DNA of 62,967 nt, the filler included. It is 9 parts of 9 records of this genome, joined end to end, with 100 filler letters (N's around TTAATTAATTAA, not from the genome) between each part and the next. Parts side by side here need not be neighbours in the genome. Positions count along the whole stretch, not along the records: positions 47,481 to 55,371 come from SRR31156797_88645; positions 55,472 to 62,967 come from SRR31156797_89040; 7 more parts are not named here. One strand, 5' to 3'. The position numbers and the translations under genes were made by a program. Positions within the stretch are counted from its first letter, which is position 1, and the number at the start of each line of letters is the position of its first letter. Shown here one piece after another: positions 49,062 through 57,508 of the stretch. The notes below the pieces were generated by a model. That model worked only from the letters and a program-made list of their open reading frames with translations. It searched no databases and was not told where the DNA came from.

Positions 49062-50288
49062 ATGGCATCACAAAGACAAATCGAAGGAAAATTCATTCGC
49101 TCTTTTAAGTTCAACAAAAGGAATATTGAAGGGCTCCCAGCTCATGATAAGGACGCCAGATCCGCAGATCAGGAATATAGCGATCTTGAATGTAGGGGAT
49201 TGAAAGTAAGTGTATCAAAAAACGGAAGACGATTCTTCCTGCATAGATATCGGATGAAGAAGGGAAACAAGAGCGTCCGACGTTCATATAGGATAGGCGA
49301 ATTCCCGGCGATCACAGTTCAGGAAGCTCGTCAGATAGTGAATGAGAACAAACGCCTGATTGCATTGGGCACAGACCCCCTGGAAGAAAAAGAGAAGCAG
49401 TCAAAGATATTAACATTTGAAGAATTCTTTGAAACTGAATACATGACCAACTACGCCAAGAAGGTTAAGAAATCATGGCGTCATGATCAATGGATGTATG
49501 ATTCAGATTTGAAAGATGCTTTTGGTAAATATCAGCTGTCTGAGATATCAAAACATTCGATCAGCAAATTCGTTTATGCCATTAAGGACAGGACCAGTGG
49601 AGCAAGGGCAAATAGATTCTTGAGTTTGATCTCAAAGGTATTATCAACGGCGATTGACTGGGAGTTTCTGGACGGAGACAACCCATGCCGAAGGATCAAG
49701 AAATTTAAGGAGAGCGCCGGAAGGACCAGGTATCTCTCAACTGAAGAAATCAAACGTCTAAAGAAAGCCCTTGATGCATCGACACAGCGTGTTTCAGCGC
49801 TGGCTATATGGTTCCTGTTGACGACAGGATGCCGGTTAGGGGAGGCAATGAGTCTGACCTGGGAGAATATTGAAATTGACAAAAAGATCGCACATCTGCC
49901 AAAAGAGATAACCAAGAATGGCAGTGCAAGATATGTCGTTCTGAATGAGCAGGCCCTTGAAACCCTTGAGAAGTTGAAAAAGTACCGAATCAAAGGCAAT
50001 CCTCATGTTTTTCCGGGAACAGGACCGACCGGACATTTGATGTCACCGAGAAGAACCTTTGAGACGGTGAAAGAGCGTGCAAAGCTCGACGATCTTCATC
50101 TCCATGACCTCAGACATTCCTATGCCTCTCTAATTGTATCAAGCGGGAACCATTCACTCTACACCGTGAGCCAACTCTTAGGCCACAAAAGCCAGGCCAT
50201 GACAATGCGCTATAGCCATTTGGCTCAACAAACATTAGTGGATGCATCCGAATCAGTAGCATCCCAGCTTGAAGAAGCCACAAAGTAG
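49062..50288 (+). CDS. Tyrosine integrase with N-terminal arm-binding domain
   Basis: GGAGG RBS; RIGEFPAITVQEAR; TGCRLGE, TKNG, HDLRH, LLGH, MT.RY. Confidence 0.95.
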   Translation: MASQRQIEGKFIRSFKFNKRNIEGLPAHDKDARSADQEYSDLECRGLKVSVSKNGRRFFLHRYRMKKGNKSVRRSYRIGEFPAITVQEARQIVNENKRLIALGTDPLEEKEKQSKILTFEEFFETEYMTNYAKKVKKSWRHDQWMYDSDLKDAFGKYQLSEISKHSISKFVYAIKDRTSGARANRFLSLISKVLSTAIDWEFLDGDNPCRRIKKFKESAGRTRYLSTEEIKRLKKALDASTQRVSALAIWFLLTTGCRLGEAMSLTWENIEIDKKIAHLPKEITKNGSARYVVLNEQALETLEKLKKYRIKGNPHVFPGTGPTGHLMSPRRTFETVKERAKLDDLHLHDLRHSYASLIVSSGNHSLYTVSQLLGHKSQAMTMRYSHLAQQTLVDASESVASQLEEATK

Positions 50289-50304
50289 ATATAGCCATCA
50301 TCGG

Positions 50305-50339
50305 AAAGCCCTTCCTTTCTACAAGGAGGGGCTTTTTTT
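50305..50339 (+). terminator. Intrinsic terminator after the integrase
   Basis: AAAGCCCTTCCTT-TCTAC-AAGGAGGGGCTTTTTTT. Confidence 0.8.
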
Positions 50340-50459
50340 ATTGATGCAAAGGATAAACTTGTCCTCATCAACCATCATCGGCATTGAACAGGTCCAGCTT
50401 GCAGAGCAATGTAATTCCTGATACACCTCTCAACATTTTTTAAAGAAAAGGAAAGCCCA

Positions 50460-53400
50460 ATGAGTTTTGACACATTACATACTGATTACAGCCATTTTTT
50501 TGAATTCTTCGAGACCAAACAATCCTCTCGCATTCAAACCGTCTATGATAACGTTTACTATATGGTAATTGACGCAGAATGGTATGAATCTGCCGGAAGA
50601 AACGTCGTCTTGTCTTATCAGATAGCTACAGTTTCCAGGGAAAGATCGAATAACATCATACGCTATATGAAACACGGCCAAAGGTTGAAGCTTGTTGAAA
50701 TCGTAGAACTGGGCATCCAGTCCGTCACAGAGGAAGAGCTTTTAAGATCCCATAAAAAGTCAAAGAATCTTGTTATCCTGATAAGCCACAATCTCACAGC
50801 GGAATGGAGCGTCCTCGCAGATCGAGACAAGCGACATATAACCAAAAGACTTGCACTGGTCAGGAAGTCACCCATCACAGACGGGCATTATATTAAACAG
50901 GTGATCAGAAAATCCATCCCTGTGGACATTGGATTCTTCGACACAATGTTACTCGCACCAGCGGCCTTCAGGAGCCTTAAAAAGCTGTCAGCACTGCTGG
51001 GGGAAAAAGATTCAGAAAAGGAATCCATCACCCAATTTTACATTGAGAACATGAATCTCTACCTCAGAGATCACCCTGACAAATTTGAAAAGTACGCTTT
51101 GAAGGACAGTGAAATAACCCTGCAATTATTTTTCTTGCTCCAGGACTCCTTAAACGAATTAGTAGATGACCGTTTTAAACTATACCGTACCCTGGCATCA
51201 GCCGGTGTAGATGGCTTTATCAACAAGAATGAATGGTTTACTGCCTACAGAGATGACCTAAACGGAGATAAATTCAGCAATGCTCTCCAGTTGATCAAGC
51301 GATCATACTACGGGGGTCGAAATGAAGGGTTCTTTATCGGACGGACAAAAAACTATCCAGAAACAAAAAACAAATTCTGGATTGATATCGACTTTTCAGG
51401 GTGTTACCCGACGGCGATGGCTTTATGTCCCAAAATCGATACAGAGGGAAAGATAGAGCATATCCCATTAAAATATAAAATCGATGAAACGGTTATTGGT
51501 CGACTTATACAGCTGAAGATAGCGCCGGAGACGATCGATAAAGCCAAAGATGCCCTCGACAAATCGGTAGAAGAATTCGATCAAGCTTTATCGGCGATAC
51601 CCAATAAAAAAACGGCGAGGACAATAAAGACCGAAGCAACGTTAATAAATAACAAGCTGATCAACAGATGGCATCGACAATGGCAAACAGCAAAACAGAA
51701 TAACGACGATTCAATTGAAAAGTATTTAACCCCAGGATTCGCTCGAATTCTATTCAAATTCCCGGCAGACACGCAATTCCCATGTTTACCCATTCGGCAT
51801 GAGAAATACGGCCTAATATACACCTTAGAAGGCGAGACAACGGCAACTGCTACAGAGATAGTACTGGCACTGGAGGCAGGGGCAAAGATTGACGCTCTAA
51901 CCAGCTTGGAACTTCCCATCGAGAAAGATGATGACGGGAACCCGATAAGATTTACATTACCCCATCTCAAAAAATTAGCACTGGATAGAAGCAGATACAA
52001 AAAGGACAAAAGCAACCCCAAAGCACAAGTCTTTGAAAAATTGATCAAAGAATTTATGAACAGCTTTTATGGGAAATTCGCCCAAGCTATAAACTTTAAA
52101 AAAAATTATAAACCTTCGACGCGAGAAATGAAGGTACTGAGGGATTCAAAGTTATCAGAACCATGCACAGCTTCTTTAGTGACTTCCCTGGCAAGAGCGG
52201 CGCTTTCAGCTACTTTAATCGGCATCTCAAAGTTTAACAAAGGGAAAGAAACGTTAGAAGAGCAGATAACCGTGATAAGCGCCACAACCGATGGCTTATT
52301 AATCGGGGTTCCGGCACCGGAGGGCTTCACAGTCTTGGATGAATATTACGAAACTGACAATGGTATCCCAAAGTTGAAAGGCACCGTAGATAGCCAACTG
52401 CCAAAGATACTAAAAAATTATGGCTGTGAGAACCTTATCGAAATATTAGATGGGTATCTACCGATAAAACAGATGCGGAAATCAAGGCTGGAGATGACTG
52501 GGAATGATGAAGTCTTTGAAATAAAGCACATGGCTGATGAAATAATCTCCGTAAAGACCAGGGGGCAAATCGGGTTACTTTCCTCTGGCCATACATCGGT
52601 ACTGGCAAGATTCGGCCTGAGACCACCATTGAGCGAGATAATTGATGACCCGGAAGAATACAAAAGGCTCATGGATACCGGAGGGACTGAAAAAGATACG
52701 GTGGATGCTCAATGGATACTGAAGCATATCGACAGTATTGAAAACGGAGAAGATAAAATACCCGAGTACACATTCATTACACTGAAATCGTTCAGAGATA
52801 TCTATGAGAGTAAAGAAAAGATAGATTTAACAAAAAAGATTTCCGATCGAAAAATCAACACGGACTTTGACTGGAAAAGAAAATTAGTAAGAAGCAAGGA
52901 AACTGAAGGTTCCGCAATTTCCCCTTTCACAAGACCATATGAAAACATATCTGTGATGCTGCGGCACAGAGATCAAATGGAAGCCATTCGAAGAACTGGA
53001 CATGTTGCAAGACCAGAAAAAATCCTTGATAGAATCAGCATTCAGGGCCGTAATACAAGGTTCAGGGGTGGAGAACCGGTTACAGTAACTCGCCTATTCC
53101 TGAGATGGATAATGCAGGATTCAACCAATTTAAACAAGCCTACGGGGACATATCAATCAATGGCAGAAAGCCTGAATGACCTTTGGGAACAAAAAGGGTT
53201 AACCGAGACATACCCGAAAATCTGGAAGTCCCACGATATTACAAACGCCAAAAGAGCTAAGCATGAAGTGGGATGCATCAAGGCAAATATTCTTTTAGAG
53301 GAAATTGTACAGACCCTTTCAGATACATTCGGAGCTGATCCCATAGCGGCAAACAAGGCTATTTTCGCCATCGAGGAGTTCAAAGCGAATCAAACAGCTC

Positions 53401-53984
53401 TCATTGAACAGGTCATTTCCGCAATCATAGACGGCCCTAAAAACGATATAGAACCCTTCAAAGGGCTTTCAGCTCAAGGATATCTGCCTGCCTTAAAACA
53501 GATCAAAGACAGATTCTGCCAACAATTAAGTGATGAACAACTGGAAGCATTTTTAAGCAGGCCATTCACGCCGGGCCAAAGACCATCCTATGACGCAAAG
53601 GAACTGAAAAAATTATTCTACTCATTGGGAATCCCAATGACCAAAGCAGAAGCTTGTGCAAAGAGTATAGCACCTCCCCCGGCCCAAAGCGCCAGGAAAA
53701 GTCGATTCAACCCCGGTCAGAAGAAATGCACTGAACATTTCGCCCAGGCAATGCAATCAATCATCGTGGCAGACATGAACCGAAAGACATTAAAGGGCAA
53801 AAAAGTGATTGATAAATTAAGCAAATACGGCTTGAGCAGAAACAAATATTATCGAATAAAGGACGGAAGATTCACGCCCAATAGTATAAAAAACACCCCA
53901 AAGAACATCAGCCAAATAAAGAGGATGGCAAAAGCTTTTAAGTTGGAACCATCACAATTCATAGACGTTTTGATCGAAAAATAA
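50460..53984 (+). CDS. Primer-independent family B DNA polymerase (piPolB), 1174 aa
   Basis: ExoI IDAEW, ExoII HNLTAE, DTMLL, ExoIII YALKD, YYGGRNE, PolA DFSGCYPTAM, PolB KEFMNSFYGKFAQ, PolC SATTDG, KH, KTRG, DFDWKR. Confidence 0.9.
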   Translation: MSFDTLHTDYSHFFEFFETKQSSRIQTVYDNVYYMVIDAEWYESAGRNVVLSYQIATVSRERSNNIIRYMKHGQRLKLVEIVELGIQSVTEEELLRSHKKSKNLVILISHNLTAEWSVLADRDKRHITKRLALVRKSPITDGHYIKQVIRKSIPVDIGFFDTMLLAPAAFRSLKKLSALLGEKDSEKESITQFYIENMNLYLRDHPDKFEKYALKDSEITLQLFFLLQDSLNELVDDRFKLYRTLASAGVDGFINKNEWFTAYRDDLNGDKFSNALQLIKRSYYGGRNEGFFIGRTKNYPETKNKFWIDIDFSGCYPTAMALCPKIDTEGKIEHIPLKYKIDETVIGRLIQLKIAPETIDKAKDALDKSVEEFDQALSAIPNKKTARTIKTEATLINNKLINRWHRQWQTAKQNNDDSIEKYLTPGFARILFKFPADTQFPCLPIRHEKYGLIYTLEGETTATATEIVLALEAGAKIDALTSLELPIEKDDDGNPIRFTLPHLKKLALDRSRYKKDKSNPKAQVFEKLIKEFMNSFYGKFAQAINFKKNYKPSTREMKVLRDSKLSEPCTASLVTSLARAALSATLIGISKFNKGKETLEEQITVISATTDGLLIGVPAPEGFTVLDEYYETDNGIPKLKGTVDSQLPKILKNYGCENLIEILDGYLPIKQMRKSRLEMTGNDEVFEIKHMADEIISVKTRGQIGLLSSGHTSVLARFGLRPPLSEIIDDPEEYKRLMDTGGTEKDTVDAQWILKHIDSIENGEDKIPEYTFITLKSFRDIYESKEKIDLTKKISDRKINTDFDWKRKLVRSKETEGSAISPFTRPYENISVMLRHRDQMEAIRRTGHVARPEKILDRISIQGRNTRFRGGEPVTVTRLFLRWIMQDSTNLNKPTGTYQSMAESLNDLWEQKGLTETYPKIWKSHDITNAKRAKHEVGCIKANILLEEIVQTLSDTFGADPIAANKAIFAIEEFKANQTALIEQVISAIIDGPKNDIEPFKGLSAQGYLPALKQIKDRFCQQLSDEQLEAFLSRPFTPGQRPSYDAKELKKLFYSLGIPMTKAEACAKSIAPPPAQSARKSRFNPGQKKCTEHFAQAMQSIIVADMNRKTLKGKKVIDKLSKYGLSRNKYYRIKDGRFTPNSIKNTPKNISQIKRMAKAFKLEPSQFIDVLIEK

Positions 53985-54109
53985 CAAGAACTACAGGGTT
54001 GAGCATCTATAAAATCATGGAGGGATCTTTCATATCAGGGCTAACGGTATGAATAATAGATCCAGTCACCCACGGTTCACGGGATGATCAACCCTTGGGA
54101 ACACAGAAA

Positions 54110-55201
54110 ATGACCCCCAAATTCGAACCAATATACACAATCCGACCTGACAGCGAGTCGTTGACGTTTAAAAGTTTCCAGACGTCCGGAAACTCGTTTA
54201 AGGGACAACATCTTTCAAAAAACGAGATGTTCAAACGCTGGCAAAAAATCAGCGTCAAGCCCTATCAACAGCGTATCTTTGACTTTTATTTATCATGTAT
54301 GATAGTGCTCTCTGGTGATTTTCATCAACGAAGGGCGATACAAAGAAAAATAGCTCGAAAAGCCAGAAACATTGAGTTTAAGACTGGAAGAGTTCAGGAT
54401 TATTTAAAGGAAGCAATGGAAAATACAATGCAGACCAATTCTTCAAAACAGCCCAAAGTTAAGAAGAGCAAAGCCATAAATGCAAAGAAGGTAAATTCGA
54501 TACTCAAGAAAGCCTTTGTGGATGTAAAAACAGAGCTGGGATTCCCCACAATAGACCCGGTTGAATATTCATACGAGATCACCGATGAAGTCATTGCATC
54601 AACAACGACGGAGGAATGCCAACGGTATCTTGAACAATCTCAAACCACCCAGCTCATTCTTCCAAAGGACTTTGAAAGGATACAGGACAAACTAAAATCG
54701 ACCTACCCCGACGACGCAAAAGATGTACTCTCAGCGCTCAAGAAGACAAAATCAAGAGAACATCTTTCCGTCGCCTCTATAGACACAGATAATGATGAAA
54801 TTTTCATTCACATTGTCAATCCACTGCGCCAGCAAATCAGAATGGAAAGCTGGAAATTCTTACTTCTCATTGAAGAAGACAAGACGCCAAGGCAATTATA
54901 TGACTTTGACAATTGGAGTTATGGTGACCCCGCCCACAAGTTCATATTCAACAACTGCAAAGCAGGCATAGTCGAGGGGAGGTTCAATTCTAAAAGCTCT
55001 TCGATAGAGGTTGTATGCAGGGGCACCAACCCCACCGACATCATGGATAAAGCGACTTTTATCATCGACAGCACCTATGCCCTTTGCCTGTACACAACAT
55101 TGAAAAGGCTGAAAGATGATAAAATCAGATTTACTAAATTGAAGGAAGAAGCGGAAACGACAGTAGCCAACAGAGATGACTTTGATAAGTTATTCCAATA
55201 A
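54110..55201 (+). CDS. Hypothetical protein downstream of piPolB (start uncertain)
   Basis: About 363-aa ORF with composition like piPolB; no motif recognised. Confidence 0.7.
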   Translation: MTPKFEPIYTIRPDSESLTFKSFQTSGNSFKGQHLSKNEMFKRWQKISVKPYQQRIFDFYLSCMIVLSGDFHQRRAIQRKIARKARNIEFKTGRVQDYLKEAMENTMQTNSSKQPKVKKSKAINAKKVNSILKKAFVDVKTELGFPTIDPVEYSYEITDEVIASTTTEECQRYLEQSQTTQLILPKDFERIQDKLKSTYPDDAKDVLSALKKTKSREHLSVASIDTDNDEIFIHIVNPLRQQIRMESWKFLLLIEEDKTPRQLYDFDNWSYGDPAHKFIFNNCKAGIVEGRFNSKSSSIEVVCRGTNPTDIMDKATFIIDSTYALCLYTTLKRLKDDKIRFTKLKEEAETTVANRDDFDKLFQ

Positions 55202-55518
55202 ACACACTTGAAACGGAGAAGTTATGACCAAGGAAGTAGGACAAGACCGGACAGATACCAAGAAGCCAGCAAAGACCAAAAATATTTTAAATGACCTTTT
55301 AAGCCCATCCTTGAAGGGAAACGATAAACTCAATCAAGGCCTGTTAAGTGTCACACTAAATTAACCCATAGNNNNNNNNNNNNNNNNNNNNNNNNNNNNN
55401 NNNNNNNNNNNNNNNTTAATTAATTAANNNNNNNNNNNNNNNNNNNNNNNNNNNNNNNNNNNNNNNNNNNNCTTAAAATCCGGCGCACCTGTGGCAGATT
55501 TAATTCTGACCATGGGCC

Positions 55519-57507
55519 TTAAAATATATTTCCTGTAAACCCTAAATGGTCGTCCATCCATCTATCTGTCTGCAATACATCTGTCCGCTGGCGTAAGGCC
55601 CTTTTTTCAGCTGCTTTCTGGGCCTTCCGGACCATCCAGCCTATCAGGTATGTGCAAAATTTTTGACGGCTGTTTTTAAAATACAGACCTGCCAAAGTTA
55701 ACACAAAATCGTTAAAATTTTGAAGCAGTTCATCGTCAAGACTCGCAAAGGCCCGGCAGCTACCCGGATCTCCCTGGCGGGCTGTCCGCCCATATAATTG
55801 AGAATCAATCCGTTTGGCCTCATGGCGCTCCGTGGCGATGACATGCAGTCCGCCCAGGTCGGCCACCCCGCTTTCCAGGCAGATATCGGTGCCTCTGGCC
55901 GCCATGTTGGTGGCCACGGTGATACGGCCTTTTTTGCCGGCTTCCCCAATGATCCGGGCCTCTTGTTCATGGTGGACGGCATTCAGGACGTTGTGGCGCA
56001 GTCCCTGGTCAGAAAGTAATCGGCTTACGTGCTCACTAACTTTAACACTTCGGGTCCCCACCAGAACGGGACGTCCTTTCATGTGGGTTTCACCAATCTC
56101 TTTGACAATGGCCGTCCACTTTTCTTTTTTTGAACCACATATGTGCATGGGCAGATATTTTCGTTTGCAGGGCCGATGTGTCGGGATGACGACTACGGGC
56201 AATTGATAGATTCTCCAGAATTCGGCCCTGGCATCCGCAGCGGTACCGGTGGTGCCTGACAAGGTTTTATAATACCGGAAAAACCGCTGAAAACTGATGC
56301 GCGCCACGGTTTCCCGGGGCAGATTAATCTCAAGATTTTCCTTTGCCTCTACTGCCTGGTGGATACCTTTCTGCCAGGACCGGTCCGGCATGAGCCTCCC
56401 GGTGAATTCGTCCACAATCACTACCTTCCCCTGATTGATAATATATTGTTCGTCCCGGATAAAGAATTTGCGGACGATTAACGCCTGGATGATCATTTCT
56501 TCGCGGCGGCGGGCACCGGTCCACATGCCCCCAAAAGGCTTGGCCATATCTGCGATCCGCTCTTTTCCCCGTGGGGTCAGCTTAATTTCCCGGTACTTGT
56601 GATGCACTTTAAAATCAACATCCTGTGCAAGCTTCCGGGCCCATTGGGCGGCTTGAATAAAGGTTTCTTCTTGTATCTGGTTGGCGCCTTGTCCTGAAAT
56701 AATTAGCGGGGTTATGGCTTCATCAATTAAAATGGAATCCGCCTCATCCACGATAGCCGTGTCCAATCCCCGTTGAACCAGCCGGCTGCCAGTGCCGGTT
56801 GAACTGCCTGACAATTTATTCAAAATGGCGGAGGCACTGCCGTGAATCCGGCCTAATATCAATTGATCCCGGAGAAAATCTGCCGCCACTTCCTTGTTGG
56901 TGCAGTACGTTATATCGGCATGATAAGCCCGGCGGCGCTGGTCCAGCGGCGTGTCCTGCCATATATGGGCCACCGTCAGGCCGCAGAACCGGTAAACCGG
57001 GGCCATTTGCCCGGCATCGCGTTGGGCCAGATAGTCATTGGCCGTCACCACATGGCATCCCCGGCCTCTCCACCCGGCCAGAACAGAGGCCATGGCAACG
57101 CTTAAGGTTTTGCCTTCACCGGTTGCCATTTCCGCGATATATCCGGTTTCCAACGCCAGGGCCCCGGCCAGTTGAACCGGATAAGCCGTCAGTCCAATGG
57201 TCCGCCCGGCGACTTCACGGATCAGTGCCAGGGCCTGGAGCCGGTCTCCTATCGTATCCCGGCGGAGCAGAAACTGTTCCTTAATCCGGGACACCTGCTC
57301 TTTTAGGTGGTGGTCCGGCAACCGGCTTATATTTTCTGACAGGGAAATGATCCGGCCGGCCTGCTGCATCAGGGGGGGCGATGTTGTGACAAACTGCTTA
57401 TAAAATCCGGTCATCCGGTCCCATAGACCGTCCAGCCCTGAGGGCAGATCTGGGGTGACAGGCCTCTGGGAGAGTGTTCGCCAGGTGATGCCAAACGTTT
57501 TTTCCAT
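55519..57507 (-). CDS. Short SecA paralogue (NBD1-PPXD-NBD2, C-terminal wing/IRA1/zinc region missing), about 662 aa
   Basis: EMATGEGKT, TANDYLA.RD, VDEADSILIDEA, VDEFTGR, VATNMAARGTDI, RID.QL.GR..RQGDPG; start MEKTF right after the upstream stop. Confidence 0.9.
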   Translation of the reverse strand: MEKTFGITWRTLSQRPVTPDLPSGLDGLWDRMTGFYKQFVTTSPPLMQQAGRIISLSENISRLPDHHLKEQVSRIKEQFLLRRDTIGDRLQALALIREVAGRTIGLTAYPVQLAGALALETGYIAEMATGEGKTLSVAMASVLAGWRGRGCHVVTANDYLAQRDAGQMAPVYRFCGLTVAHIWQDTPLDQRRRAYHADITYCTNKEVAADFLRDQLILGRIHGSASAILNKLSGSSTGTGSRLVQRGLDTAIVDEADSILIDEAITPLIISGQGANQIQEETFIQAAQWARKLAQDVDFKVHHKYREIKLTPRGKERIADMAKPFGGMWTGARRREEMIIQALIVRKFFIRDEQYIINQGKVVIVDEFTGRLMPDRSWQKGIHQAVEAKENLEINLPRETVARISFQRFFRYYKTLSGTTGTAADARAEFWRIYQLPVVVIPTHRPCKRKYLPMHICGSKKEKWTAIVKEIGETHMKGRPVLVGTRSVKVSEHVSRLLSDQGLRHNVLNAVHHEQEARIIGEAGKKGRITVATNMAARGTDICLESGVADLGGLHVIATERHEAKRIDSQLYGRTARQGDPGSCRAFASLDDELLQNFNDFVLTLAGLYFKNSRQKFCTYLIGWMVRKAQKAAEKRALRQRTDVLQTDRWMDDHLGFTGNIF

Positions 57508-57508
57508 A

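Larger units (their letters stand above)
47481..55371 (+). mobile_element. Pipolin-like integrative element (ends not in contig)
   Basis: piPolB, tyrosine integrase, DUF2787 and a YkvA-like fragment, all co-oriented. Confidence 0.8.

Noticed and set aside
50460-53984. Casposon, phage or Polinton protein-primed PolB
   Set aside because: TTD and KTRG motifs instead of DTD and KxY; no Cas1, terminal protein or virion genes in the contig.
26120-55371. Defence island or tRNA-like element as cargo or integration site of the pipolin
   Set aside because: They lie on different contigs separated by spacers; there is no evidence of linkage.
55224-55371. Short ORF possibly interrupted by an IS end at the contig break
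   Set aside because: Only about 30 nt are available and there is no partner repeat or transposase to support it.
8081-55471. Repeated TTAATTAATTAA within N runs as a biological repeat, and ORFs running into them
   Set aside because: Artificial spacers; ORFs containing X or ending in LIN are artefacts.
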